64,000 nt of DNA, from positions 377-64,376 of the forward strand of contig JAKUQE010000015.1 in assembly GCA_022450395.1 (NCBI GenBank), given 5' to 3'. A program made the translations under genes and the position numbers. The notes beneath the pieces are model-generated. The model saw nothing but the letters and a program-made list of their open reading frames with translations, made no database searches and was not told where the DNA came from. Position 1 is the stretch's first letter; each line of letters starts with the position of its first letter. Origin of the DNA: Dehalococcoidia bacterium (GTDB lineage: Bacteria > Chloroflexota > Dehalococcoidia > Lucifugimonadales > UBA3495). Below, piece by piece: positions 28,030 to 38,950 of the stretch.

Positions 28030-31000
28030 TTAGCCTAGCGTTTTGGTTGCGTCCTCTAGGAACATCGACCTCATTTCCTGGTCCTCGAATAGCCCGGCCA
28101 TCTCGTTCAACGTGGCCATGGCCCCGCTGCGTTTGGCGTCCGATTCTCCCTGCCTGCCCATGCCTGCCAAAACTTGAGCTGCTCCGGCTTGGGCTTTCCA
28201 CGTCCAGGGCCGCATGGTCATCTGTGAAGCCAGCTCCTCTGCCTGGTTGAAGTTTTCCAGCGCTCCGCTGGGATCTCCTGAAGCCAGACTTACTTGCGCG
28301 TTGGCTAGAGACATCAGGGGGTATAGATGCCGCATAGACCTGGACTCGGTGAATTCCCGAGCCTCCTGAACCAGGCTTCGGGCACCCTCGATGTCCCCGC
28401 CCCCCAAGGCCACGAATGCCGACCCTACCAGGAGCAGAGGACGGGCCAGATACATGTAGGCGGTAGGAGTGGTGAGGCCTTTTTGAAAGAACTCGTTCGC
28501 CTGCTGCGCGTCCCCAGACGCCAGGACGCAAAATCCCAGATCGGCCCAGGCTAATCCGCCTGTCACCGGCCCCAAGGGCGTTTCGAGGAGGTCCAGGGCC
28601 TCAGCGTGGTACTTGGAGGTTTCGCTACTCATTCGCGGGCTGACGTCCAGGTGGGCGGTGCCCAAGCCGCAGAGGGCCAATACCTGAATGAACGGTAGGC
28701 CGGAGGTGCGTCCCCCCTCCAAACCCTTCCTGTAGTGTCCGATTGCCTGCTCGTATTCTCCCCTGAACCAGGCGATCTGACCCAAGACGACCTGAGCGTA
28801 TCCTTCCTGTTCCGCCGCTCCGATCCGGCCGGCAATCTCCGCCCCAGATTCAGCGGATTCCCTGGCAGCGTCCAGGTCTCCGTCCCTCAGCTTTAGGATC
28901 GCCCCCGAATATCCCAGCAGTTCTGCCTGCCATTTCTGGTTTCCCAGTTCTTGCGCCAGAGCTAAGGCCTCCTTGCTCTTCTGGGCGGCGTCGTCGAAAT
29001 GTGTCATGTACATTAGGGTATTGGCCGTATGGGTCATCCCAAACAGCCTGGGCTCCTCCTGACCGATGTCCTGGCCGATCTTGGCCACTTCGCCCAGATG
29101 TTCGACGGCGTCGTCGAATTTTCCGAAGGGCACCCTCAGGTAGCAATAGGTCATGTGAAGCTCGGCCATTCCGGCAAGGTCGCCGCATTGGTTCGCCAAG
29201 GATTCGGCCTCTATCAGGTGCTGTTCCGCCTCGGGGAATTGTCCCTGCATCAGTGCGGCGACGAAACCCAGTTTGTTTAGCGCCGAAACCTGCATGGGCA
29301 AGTCTTCATAATCCTGGGCGGCGTGGAACATCTTGTGGTAGTTGTCCACTGCCGCTGGTACGTCGTTGCCGAAGGCCAAGGCCCCGCCCAGGCCCTCGTA
29401 AGCCCGGCGGGCAAGGTGGGCGTCCTGCTCGGCTTCTAATATTTGCAGGGCGCTATTGTAATAACCGATGGCTTCGGCCGTGGAATACTCCCTGGCTGCC
29501 CGGTCGCCCGAGTCCACCAGATAGGGGACCGCCCTGGCGGGCTCATTGGCGCTCTGGAAGTGGCGGGCGATCTCGTGCACCTGGTCCGGGTTGTCCCTTT
29601 CCAAACAATTCCCTATCCGAAGATGGATCTCCCGCCGCCTGCTGAGAAGTAACGATGCATAAGCCGCTTCTTGGATGAGTATGTGTTTGTACATGTATTG
29701 GAGATGGGGGGTGCGGCTTTTTTCCCGGATTAACTCACGCCTTTGCAGATCGGTGATGGACTCGTCCAAGGACCCTGGATTCTCGTAGATCTCGGCCAAC
29801 GTGGCCGCCCCGAACTCGCGCCCGATAACCGAGGCCGTTTGGGCCACACGTTTCGACTCTTCGCCCAGCCGGTCTAGCCGGGCAGTGATTACACCCGCCA
29901 GGGTATCCGGCAGGACTATGTTGGCGATCTCCCTGGTCGCCCGCCAGTGGTCGTCCTCCCGTATCACCAATCTGGAGTCGAGCAACGAGCGAATCACTTC
30001 TTCTACGAAGAATGGGTTGCCCTCTGCCTTGGCTAATATCAATGATCTGACTTGCTGGGGAAGATCTTCGATCTCCAATAGGTTGGCCACCAGGGTCCGG
30101 GCGTCATCTTCATCTAATGGCTGCAGGGTAACCGTGGTGTATCGATGCACGTAGTCACGGGACGCGACCTCATGGAATCTCCAGCCGGGGTCTTGCCGCA
30201 CCGGACGGAACACCCCCAGTATCAGTAAAGGGAGCCGGTCCACCAGCGGCATGAGGGTTTCCATCAGGTCCAGAGAAGTGGGGTCGCTCCAGTGCACGTC
30301 CTCGAAGACCAAAAGAAGGGGATGGCGCTGCGCTTCACGCTCGAAGATTTCCCGGGTTGCCGCGAATATCTTCTCCCGGATCTGGGGAGGCTGAAGGTAC
30401 GGGATATGCTCAGCGTCTTCCTCGGGTACTGCAACTTCCAGCATGGTGGCCATGAACGGCGCTGACGTACCTGGGCCGTCAGGCATTAACCCGGCGAGCT
30501 TCCTGGTTATCTTGGCGTATTTCTCCTGGTCGGTATCATCGAGACCCAACCCGAAATAGCCACCGAACAGGCTGACGAAAGGGCTGAAGGGCGTAGCGGT
30601 CTCCTAGGAACGAGAACGGCCTTCGTACCATTGGAGTTGGGAGTTTGCCTCCGTGCCATTGCCGGAGCCGCCCTCGACCTCGGTCGCCGCTGCATTACGT
30701 AGCTCGGCGACCAGCCGGGATTTTCCGAGGCCGGCCTCACCCATCACCGATACGATTTGGCCGCTGCCCTGGGAAAGGCCGTCAACCAGTTCCCGCAACA
30801 CATCGATCTCCCGGTCCCGGCCCACCATCGGGCTGTCCAGGCCTTCGATGCCTCGTTCCCGTTCCGGCTGTGCCTTTCGAGCCAGAACTCTAAACGTGCC
30901 CACCGGTTCGCTCTTCCCTCTTACTTCGAGAGGTCCTAGGTCCTCGAAGTCGAAGAGGGGCGCGATCAATCGGTGGGTGTCGGCAGCAATCAAGACGGTG

Positions 31001-31686
31001 CCGGGAGACGCTGCCGACTCCATCCGGGCGGCAACGTTGATGGCGTCGCCCAGGGCGGTGTACTCTACTCTTAGGTCGGAACCAACTTCGCCCATGACCA
31101 CCAAGCCGGTGTTGATGCCCACCCGTACTTGAAAGTCCACCCCCCATTTGCGCTGGACCTCATCCCGGTAGGGCCCTATAGACTGGATGATTTCCAAACC
31201 CGCCAAAACGGCCCTGTGGGGGTCATCCTCGTGGGCGATGGGGGCGCCGAAGAAGGCCAGAATCGCGTCGCCCATCAACCGGGCCAGTGTGCCCTCGTAA
31301 CGGTATACCGGTGCTATTAGGTGCTCAAAGGCCCCGTTCATGATCTGGGCCCACTCTTCCGGGTCCAATTGTTCGGCTGCGGCGGTGGAGCCGGTTACGT
31401 CGCAGAACAGCATCGTGACCAACCTGCGTTCGCCCTGGATACCACCACTGGTCCGAGCCGACTCCAGCTTTTGCAGCAATTCTCTTGGAATATACTGTTC
31501 CAGTTGGGCGCGGACTGACGCAGCCTCGGAAGCTTGGCCCAACTGATGGCCGCAGTTTAGACAGAATCGCGCTTCGGTTGGCAGTTCGGTACCGCATTCG
31601 GGACACGATGCGGACAACGGACTCCCGCAGGACATGCAGAACTTGGCGCCCTCGGGATTAGTGGTTTCGCATTGAGAGCAGTTCAT
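28030..31686 (-). pseudogene. Class III adenylate/guanylate cyclase with double zinc ribbon, AAA ATPase and TPR regions, interrupted by in-frame TAG at 30604-30606
   Basis: Four CxxC, FCDVTGST, GDAILAFFG, GDAINVAARM, GEAGLGKSRL, VFEDVHW, GNPFFVEE; the two track ORFs are in the same frame across EGRSRS*ETATPF. Confidence 0.8.
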
Positions 31687-31892
31687 GCCCCTCTCCTCGC
31701 AACGGCCAGACGGCGATTCGTCATAGGATAGCAGAAATTGAGCGCAAAACAACCGGTTTACCGTTTAGTCGTTAAACACCGCCCCAGTTTTGGAACGCCG
31801 GTGCGCTGGAGGTCTAGCCGGTGTAAAATCATGGGCTAATAGGACTTCTGAATCACCATGTCGATGAGAAAGTATATAGGGGAAACACCGGT

Positions 31893-32900
31893 TTGAAGCT
31901 GAGCATCCTGGATCAAAGCCCGATGAACGGGGCCGAAACCGCCACCGAAGCCTTTCAACACACCATCGAGCTGGCTCAGAAGGCGGAGGAGTGGGGGTAT
32001 CATCGCTTCTGGGTCGCCGAGCACCACGGTTCCAGCCGGGTGATGGGGTCTTCCCCTGAAGTGCTGATCTCCCACCTGTTAGCCAAGACCTCGCGTATCA
32101 AGGTTGGTTCCGGCGGGGTGATGTTACAGCATTACAGCCCGTATAAAGTGGCGGAAAACTTCAACGTTCTGGCATCCCTCGCGCCTGGCAGAGTGGACCT
32201 GGGGGTCGGCGGGGGGCCGGGTGGAATGCCGCGGTCGACCCAGGCTTTGGGGCAGGACGCTGCGCCGGAATCAACACCGGTGGCGGAAAAATTAGCCGAG
32301 CTGATTCAATTTCTCCACAACCGATTGGAGGAGAGCAACCCTCTTTACGGTTTGCGCGCCAGCCCGGCGCCGTCGCAACCTGCCGATGTCTATCTTCTTG
32401 GCACAACCCCTTCCAGTGCGGAAACCGCGGCAAAGCTGGGTTTGCCTTACGTGTATGCGTTGTTCCTTAACAACGATGAAGTCATGATGACCGAGGCTGT
32501 TGAAACGTACCGGAATCAGTTCGACATCACCAACGGCGCCCGGCCACAGATTATGCTGGCGTTACCGGTGATCGCGGCCGACTCTGATGACGAAGCCCAA
32601 GAGTACGCCTCGCAGATAAAGCTGGTCCGGATCTACGTGGAAAATGGCAGGACGCTGACCGTCTTTTCCCTGGATGCGGCCGAAGAGTACCGCAGGCAGT
32701 CCGAGGAACGGTGCACCTTCGAGGTTCAAGAGGCCAACGTGATATACGGTTCTCGAGACACCGTCGGAGAGAAATTGGCCGATATTCAGCGTCGATACCA
32801 AGTTGACGAATTAATCATCCAAACGGTCATCCCCGACTTTAAGAAAAGACTCCACTCCTATGAATTGCTGAGCGAACTATTCAAGCAGGCCCCAGTTTGA
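31893..32900 (+). CDS. LLM monooxygenase, MsnO8/CmoO(YtmO)-like
   Basis: LSILDQSP, FWVAEHH, GSGGVMLQHYSPYKVAE, PGRVDLGVG. Confidence 0.85.
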   Translation: MKLSILDQSPMNGAETATEAFQHTIELAQKAEEWGYHRFWVAEHHGSSRVMGSSPEVLISHLLAKTSRIKVGSGGVMLQHYSPYKVAENFNVLASLAPGRVDLGVGGGPGGMPRSTQALGQDAAPESTPVAEKLAELIQFLHNRLEESNPLYGLRASPAPSQPADVYLLGTTPSSAETAAKLGLPYVYALFLNNDEVMMTEAVETYRNQFDITNGARPQIMLALPVIAADSDDEAQEYASQIKLVRIYVENGRTLTVFSLDAAEEYRRQSEERCTFEVQEANVIYGSRDTVGEKLADIQRRYQVDELIIQTVIPDFKKRLHSYELLSELFKQAPV

Positions 32901-32975
32901 TCTAACATCAAATCATCACGTCGATAGGTTCGTTAATCACCGTTCGTTGATTGAGAAGAGAGGGCAGGTTACAAC

Positions 32976-34307
32976 ATGACGAATGAGCGGAAGATGCGTC
33001 TGGGCGCGTTTCTAGCCGGAACCGGAAACAACATGGCCTCCTGGCGGCATCCCAAAGCCGTGACCGACGCGGCAATCAATCTGGACTACTACCGGCAACT
33101 GACTCGAAAAGCCGAAACGGCCAAGCTGGACTTCGTGTTTTTTGGCGACGGTTTGTACATCAGCGAAAAGTCTCATCCCAACTTTCTCAATCGGTTCGAG
33201 CCCCTGACATTGCTGGCGGCTTTGGCCATGGACACGACCCACATCGGCTTGGCTGCCACCCTGTCCACCAGCTACAGCGAGCCCTTCACCGTGGCTCGGC
33301 AGTTTGCGTCCATCGACCACATCAGCGGCGGCCGGGCGGGTTGGAACATCGTCACATCCCCGCTGGAGGGGTCAGCCCTAAATTACAGCAAAACAGAACA
33401 TCCGGAGCACGACCTACGGTACCGCATGGCCGCTGAATATATAGAAGTGACCAAGGGCCTATGGGATTCGTGGGAGGACGATGCCTTCGTCCGCAACAAG
33501 GAAACCGGGCAATTTTTCGATCCGGAAAAGCTGCACCGGGTGAACCACAAGGGGGAATTTTTCTCCGTCCAAGGGCCGTTGACCATATCCCGGTCTAAAC
33601 AAGGGAGACCGATTCTTATCCAGGCTGGTTCGTCGGAAGCGGGAAAGGACTTCGCCTCCCAGGTGGCCGACGCCGTGTTTACGGGACAGGCCAACATCGA
33701 CGACGCCCGGGATTTCTATCAAGACGTGAAAGGCCGGGCCGCCAAGCACGGCAGGCGCCCCGAGGAGATTCTGATGCTTCCGGGTTGCAACCCCATCGTG
33801 GGGTCAACGCCCGAGGAAGCGGAGGAGAAATATCAAGAGATCGCCAACTTAGTGGTTATCGGCGATGCCCTAAATTACCTGGGCCGGTATTTCAACGACA
33901 TCGACTTTACCCAGTACGACTTGGACGAACAGTTCCCCGACCTTGGGGATTTCGCCCGTAACGGTTGGGAAAGCGCCACGGATAAGATAAAGAAGGTATC
34001 CAGAGAAGAGGGCTTGACTCTGCGTCAGATGGCCCTCCGGTCAACCACGCCGAAGGGCCCATTCATCGGAACAGCGGAGCACGTCGCCGACACCATGCAG
34101 GCCTGGTTCGAGGCCGGGGCGGCGGACGGTTTCATGATGAACGCCTCCGTTTTGCCCCAGGGGTTCGACGATTTTATCGACCACGTCCTGCCAATCTTGA
34201 AAGACCGCGGGCTCTTCCGGACCGAGTACGAGCACGACACCCTGCGGGGGAACCTGGGCCTGGTCATACCGGCTAACCGCTACGCTAAAACGGGCGTGGC
34301 CCAGTAA
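32976..34307 (+). CDS. NtaA/DszA/SnaA-family FMN monooxygenase, CmoJ(YtnJ)-like
   Basis: [45 protein letters not shown]. Confidence 0.88.
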   Translation: MTNERKMRLGAFLAGTGNNMASWRHPKAVTDAAINLDYYRQLTRKAETAKLDFVFFGDGLYISEKSHPNFLNRFEPLTLLAALAMDTTHIGLAATLSTSYSEPFTVARQFASIDHISGGRAGWNIVTSPLEGSALNYSKTEHPEHDLRYRMAAEYIEVTKGLWDSWEDDAFVRNKETGQFFDPEKLHRVNHKGEFFSVQGPLTISRSKQGRPILIQAGSSEAGKDFASQVADAVFTGQANIDDARDFYQDVKGRAAKHGRRPEEILMLPGCNPIVGSTPEEAEEKYQEIANLVVIGDALNYLGRYFNDIDFTQYDLDEQFPDLGDFARNGWESATDKIKKVSREEGLTLRQMALRSTTPKGPFIGTAEHVADTMQAWFEAGAADGFMMNASVLPQGFDDFIDHVLPILKDRGLFRTEYEHDTLRGNLGLVIPANRYAKTGVAQ

Positions 34308-34330
34308 GGAATGTTTAGGCGCCCCGAAGG

Positions 34331-34861
34331 TTACGCTCCCGGAATCGCTCCCAATTGTACGAGCAGACTGAGAAGGTCGACTTCGGACCACATCTCGGCG
34401 ATCTTGTCGTTCTCCATCCGGTAGATGTGGATCTCGGTCCAGGCTACCTTATTGCCGGTTGCCGGTATGCCATTGAAATCCCCGGTGTGGGTTGCCGCCG
34501 CCGAGGTCCGTTCGATCACTTTGTCTCCAATGGCGAGCAATTCATCCACGGTCGCTTGTACGTCTGGAAATCCGCCTGCGACGACCTGGCCTAACAGTTT
34601 CATGCCCGCCCGGCCCGCCGGTAGCCGCGGGTCCTTGAGATGGTGAATGAAGCCGGGAGTCATGAGTTCGTCGACGATATCGTGCTTGGCTTTGTTCTTA
34701 AACTCCTCGATGAACCTGGCGACAACCTGCTTGTTGTCCTCCTCTTGTGAGGAAACTGAAGCACCACAACCGATCAAGGCCAGCATGCATAAGACCACCA
34801 TCACGGTCAACCAGGGTGCTAGACGGCTGCCAAAAAATCTCTGATTTGTTCTTGCCTCCAT
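34331..34861 (-). CDS. Ester cyclase (SnoaL-like) with N-terminal signal/lipoprotein-like segment
   Basis: NKQVVARF, GFPD, THTGDFNGIPATG, KIAEMW. Confidence 0.85.
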   Translation of the reverse strand: MEARTNQRFFGSRLAPWLTVMVVLCMLALIGCGASVSSQEEDNKQVVARFIEEFKNKAKHDIVDELMTPGFIHHLKDPRLPAGRAGMKLLGQVVAGGFPDVQATVDELLAIGDKVIERTSAAATHTGDFNGIPATGNKVAWTEIHIYRMENDKIAEMWSEVDLLSLLVQLGAIPGA

Positions 34862-35063
34862 AGTGCGCTCCTGTAGGTAACAAAGGCGGGGCTAAGTGTG
34901 CTGCTTGGTTCTGCCGGGTCGCCTGTCACCTCGTTAGATTGCGCCTATCGTATACCCCGTATGTTGCAAAAACTTTGGCACTCATAGGGCATGGCAGTTT
35001 CCAAATCACCAGGTCACCCTGTTATCCTAGCTGGGAAATACGGCTGCGCTTGGAGGTACGAGG

Positions 35064-35642
35064 TTGCCCACGCTGCTTGGAATCCACGGGTCGGTGACCA
35101 GACCCGGCAGGTTGTATCAGGCCCTGGAGTTGGCGTTGCAGGCGGTTAGGAATGGAGAGAATTCCGTAAAGACGAGCTTGCTCCACTTGGGCGAGCACCG
35201 TATATCCTTCGCCGATGGACGCCCGTTACCGGACTTCTCCGACGACACCGAAGCCGTGGTGGATCGGGTGATGGCGGCAGATATGTACATCATCGCCACG
35301 CCCATCTTCCGGGCGTCGTTCACCGGCGCGTTGAAGAACCTGTTGGATCTGGTCCCGGTGGAAGGCCTTATGGGCAAGGCCTGCGGCTTACTGGCCATGG
35401 GCGCCACGGACCATCATTACCTGACAGTGGACACCCAGCTGAGGCCGGTGCTTGCCTGGTTCGGCGCGCACCTTGTTCCCGGCGCGGTTTACCTACAGTC
35501 GCGCCACTTCCAAGACGGCCAACTTGCCGACTCCCAGGCAATCTCCGATCTCCAGAGACTAGCCAACGGCGTGGTGGCGATGCATCGAGCAACCGCGGAC
35601 AACGGCGAAATGATTGGGCCACCACCCCTGGCCGCCGGTTAG
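35064..35642 (+). CDS. NAD(P)H-dependent FMN reductase (SsuE/MsuE-like)
   Basis: GS, ATPIFRASFTGALKNLLD, HYL..DTQLRP. Confidence 0.88.
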   Translation: MPTLLGIHGSVTRPGRLYQALELALQAVRNGENSVKTSLLHLGEHRISFADGRPLPDFSDDTEAVVDRVMAADMYIIATPIFRASFTGALKNLLDLVPVEGLMGKACGLLAMGATDHHYLTVDTQLRPVLAWFGAHLVPGAVYLQSRHFQDGQLADSQAISDLQRLANGVVAMHRATADNGEMIGPPPLAAG

Positions 35643-35691
35643 CGGGCCCGGCGGCTAGAGGCTCTAATGCCGAAGTGGTTCCCAGTGGTGT

Positions 35692-35760
35692 CCTTCGACA
35701 GGCTCAGGACGAACGGGAGGAGGTCCACCCCATCCGCTCGTCCAGAGCCTGTCGAACCAC
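35692..35760. repeat. REP-like palindrome family B
   Basis: CCTTCGACAGGCTCAGGACGAACGG...CCGCTCGTCCAGAGCCTGTCGAACCAC. Confidence 0.75.
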
Positions 35761-35783
35761 AGTGTTGGCTGTTGGGATCGAGT

Positions 35784-38069
35784 CTACCCCGATCTACCGT
35801 TCCCCTCGATCGCGTCCCTGATCGCGCCCGGCGACAAAGGCAGCTCGTTTATGCGCTTTCCGATGGCGTGGTAGACGGAGTTGGCGACGGCGGCCATGAC
35901 TGGGACGAGGTTGCCCTCGCCGATGCCTCTTACGCCGAAGGGGTGGCCGGGGTTGGCGACCTCGACGACGACTGTGTCAATCATCGGCAGGTCCAGGGAG
36001 GTCATCATCCGGTAGTCAAGGAAACTGGAGTTGAGCATCTGGCCGTCGTCGCTCATGAAGTACTCTTCGTTCAGCGCCCAACCCAAGCCCTGGACGGTGC
36101 CGCCTTGGAGCTGGCCTTCCACGTAGCTGGGGTGGACCGCCTTTCCGGCGTCCTGGAAGGCGGTGCAACGGAGAACTTGGGTCTTGCCGGTTTCCGGGTC
36201 GACTTCCACGTCCACCAGGGTCGCCGCCAGGGAAGCGCCGACGCCCCGGGGGTTAACGTTGCCCCGTCCCACTACCGGCCCGCCGGTCTCGATGAGTCTG
36301 GGCGTGATCTGCTTGAAGGTCAATTTCAGTTCCGGGTCGGACTTGTGTTGCAGCGCGCCGTTGACGTACTCCACGTCATCCGGTGATGCTTCCCATATCA
36401 TCGCCGCCCGTTGAATCAACTGGCGAATGATGTCGTGTGCCGCTTCGTAGACGGCCCACCCGGTTTTGAAAGCGACGCCGCTGCCGGCGGTCAATGACGT
36501 GTAGCCTATCGAGTCGGTATCCCCAACCTCGGGGAATACGTCGGTCACGGGTATACCGAGCACCTCGGCCAGTTGCTGGGCCACCGCCGTACGGCTTCCA
36601 CCGATGTCCACGGAGCCTTCGACCAGCATGATGGTGCCATCGGGATTGACGTTGGCTATCGCGCAAGAGGGTCCGGAGTTGTTGCGCCAGTATCCAAAAG
36701 CCATGCCGCGGCCTTGGTTTTTTCCTGGTAAGGGCGCGTTGTAATGGGGATGGGCTTTCACCGCCTCCAGGATCTCGATACCGCCTACAAGCGGGCTCAG
36801 GGTGCCGTCAGCCCTCCTGGTCCCCTCTTTAGCAGCGTTCAACAGCCGGAACTCGACGGGGTCCATCCCCAGTTTTTCGCTCAACTCGTCTATCAGCGCC
36901 TCGGTTGGGAAGGCGGCGATGGGCGCGCCGGGGGCACGGTAGGCGGCTGTTTTGGGTTTGTTGTTCACCACGTCGTAGCCGTCGATGAGTACGTTGGGAA
37001 TGTCATAGGGAGTGAACATACAGGAGGTGGCGCCGCCGATGGGAGCGCCGGGATAAGCGCCGGCTTCGAAGGCCAGGTAAGCCTGAGCCGCGACGATGCG
37101 GCCGTCCTTGGTCGCACCGATCTTCAGCTTCATGTAGCTGCCACAGGCGGGTCCGGTAGCCTCCATAACCTCGATACGGCTTAGGGAGATAGAAACGGGG
37201 CGTCCGCATTTCTTGGACAGGGCCGCGGCCACACCCTCGATGTAAGTGGAGTTCTTTCCGCCGAAGCCACCGCCGATTTCCAGAGGTATCAGCTTGATCT
37301 GGGAGGACTTTAATCCCAGTATCCGGGCCACGTTGTCTCTGATCCCGAAGGGATTCTGAGAGCTGTTCCAGATGGTCACCCGGCCGTTGTGGTTCCACAT
37401 CGCGGTGGCGCTCTGGGGCTCGATGTACCCCTGGTGCACCGTCTTGGTGCGGAACTCTCCTTCCACCACAAAGTCGGCTTGCTTGAAACCTTCGTCCACA
37501 TCGCCCAGCTTGAGTTGCTGGTATCCGGCGATATTGGTCTGCTTGGGGAAGTTGTCGTCGAAGCTGGCCGTGGTCATGTGCTCGTGAAGGATCGCGGCAT
37601 CCGGTTTCATCGCGTCTTCCACGGTCACCACCGTTGGCAACACCTCGTAGTCGACCTTGATCAGCTTCAACGCCGCTTCGGCTTCGTGGGGGTTCTCGGC
37701 GGCCACCGCGGCTACCGGATGTCCTTTGTACAGGACCTTGTCCCCGGCCAGAATGTTGTTGCTGAGGTATTTGAGGCTCAGTACCGCGTCCTCACCGATC
37801 TCGGCCAAGATGTCGGGTACTTCAGCCAGGTCTTTGGAGGTGACCACGGCCAACACGCCCGGATGGGCCTCGGCGGCGCTGGTGTCGATGGACTTAATCT
37901 TGGCGTGAGCGTAGGGGCTGCGTAGGATCTTGCCACGTACCTGCCCGGGCACTTTGACATCCCCGCCATAGGTGGCCTTACCGGTGACTTTGTCGACACC
38001 GTCGTGTCTGATCGGCCTCTTGCCAACTACGTCGTACTCCACGTTGGAAAGCACTAGATTTGAGGTCAT
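35784..38069 (-). CDS. Xanthine dehydrogenase family molybdopterin-binding subunit
   Basis: KVTGKATY, RSPYAHA, GGGFGGK, AYRAPG, GQLQGG..QGLG, RGIGE. Confidence 0.93.
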   Translation of the reverse strand: MTSNLVLSNVEYDVVGKRPIRHDGVDKVTGKATYGGDVKVPGQVRGKILRSPYAHAKIKSIDTSAAEAHPGVLAVVTSKDLAEVPDILAEIGEDAVLSLKYLSNNILAGDKVLYKGHPVAAVAAENPHEAEAALKLIKVDYEVLPTVVTVEDAMKPDAAILHEHMTTASFDDNFPKQTNIAGYQQLKLGDVDEGFKQADFVVEGEFRTKTVHQGYIEPQSATAMWNHNGRVTIWNSSQNPFGIRDNVARILGLKSSQIKLIPLEIGGGFGGKNSTYIEGVAAALSKKCGRPVSISLSRIEVMEATGPACGSYMKLKIGATKDGRIVAAQAYLAFEAGAYPGAPIGGATSCMFTPYDIPNVLIDGYDVVNNKPKTAAYRAPGAPIAAFPTEALIDELSEKLGMDPVEFRLLNAAKEGTRRADGTLSPLVGGIEILEAVKAHPHYNAPLPGKNQGRGMAFGYWRNNSGPSCAIANVNPDGTIMLVEGSVDIGGSRTAVAQQLAEVLGIPVTDVFPEVGDTDSIGYTSLTAGSGVAFKTGWAVYEAAHDIIRQLIQRAAMIWEASPDDVEYVNGALQHKSDPELKLTFKQITPRLIETGGPVVGRGNVNPRGVGASLAATLVDVEVDPETGKTQVLRCTAFQDAGKAVHPSYVEGQLQGGTVQGLGWALNEEYFMSDDGQMLNSSFLDYRMMTSLDLPMIDTVVVEVANPGHPFGVRGIGEGNLVPVMAAVANSVYHAIGKRINELPLSPGAIRDAIEGNGRSG

Positions 38070-38397
38070 GAAATTGGTTTCCTCCTATAAGTCCAGCTAG
38101 GTTTGTTCAGTTTAGTGATCGGTTGGGGTGATTTACTACTTGGTCCATCTTACAACTGATGGCGGGAGCATTCCAGATGCCACAGAACTCCCGAATGCTT
38201 ACAGTTCGTTGATGGTTGCTGCCGCAGCAGGTCTTTCCCGCAATTGTTGCCGTTGGGAATTCCGGCCAGCGTCACCTTGCCTGTTAATCAGGGCCATAGA
38301 CACAGAGCGACCCCCACAGCCTCCGGGACGGCGCGATTCCGGTGCGCTCCAGAGGTAATGGGGGTGTCTGCCAGAGGCAATCTTGCCCGGACCGCCG

Positions 38398-38850
38398 CTA
38401 TCCGGCGGTGATCTGGGCGACCAACTCCTCGGCGCTCTTTTCCAGGTCGATGGGTCCGCTGTAGCCGCGGCCTCCCTCAACCTCAATGTCGGCGAATACC
38501 TCTAGGCGATTGCCTTCGGGATCGTAGAAGTAGCAGGAAGCCCCGGCCCCGTGGCTCACCGTCTGCTGAATCTCGACACCCATCTGCTGGAAGGTCTGAT
38601 AGAAAGCCCTGACGTCTTCGATGGTCCCCACGCGGAACGACAGTTGCTGAATGATCTTGGCGTCGCCGTCCCGGCCACGGACCAAGACTACTTCATGGTC
38701 CTCTTTCTCGACATCCGCAGTCAGGAAAACCATCCGGTCTCCGTTGCGGTGCGACTCGGTGAGGCCCAAGGTCTCGCAATAGAACTGGGTCATCGTATCC
38801 AAGTCTTTGACGAACACTCCGACGTGACTGAGACCACTGATTTTGCCCAT
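38398..38850 (-). CDS. VOC family protein
   Basis: LSHVGVFVKDL, EDHE, VSHG, YFYDPEGNRLEV. Confidence 0.88.
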   Translation of the reverse strand: MGKISGLSHVGVFVKDLDTMTQFYCETLGLTESHRNGDRMVFLTADVEKEDHEVVLVRGRDGDAKIIQQLSFRVGTIEDVRAFYQTFQQMGVEIQQTVSHGAGASCYFYDPEGNRLEVFADIEVEGGRGYSGPIDLEKSAEELVAQITAG

Positions 38851-38950
38851 TAAGAACCCTCCTTCCGTGTTTTGCAATTATGTTCGGCGGCATCAGGAGA
38901 TGTTGCGAGAATTGTAGCCGTCTGTCCACTAGGGGTCAAACGGCACTTGG

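Noticed and set aside
30604..30606. Pyrrolysine or amber recoding
   Set aside because: The position likely corresponds to Tyr (single-base change), it is not a methyltransferase context, TAG is a normal stop in many genes here, and no pyl genes are seen.
35784..38069. Aerobic CO dehydrogenase coxL
   Set aside because: Lacks the AYxCSFR motif and coxMS neighbours.
38070..38397. Moco riboswitch upstream of the Mo-hydroxylase
   Set aside because: Some hairpin potential, but no consensus I could recognise; needs an Rfam scan.
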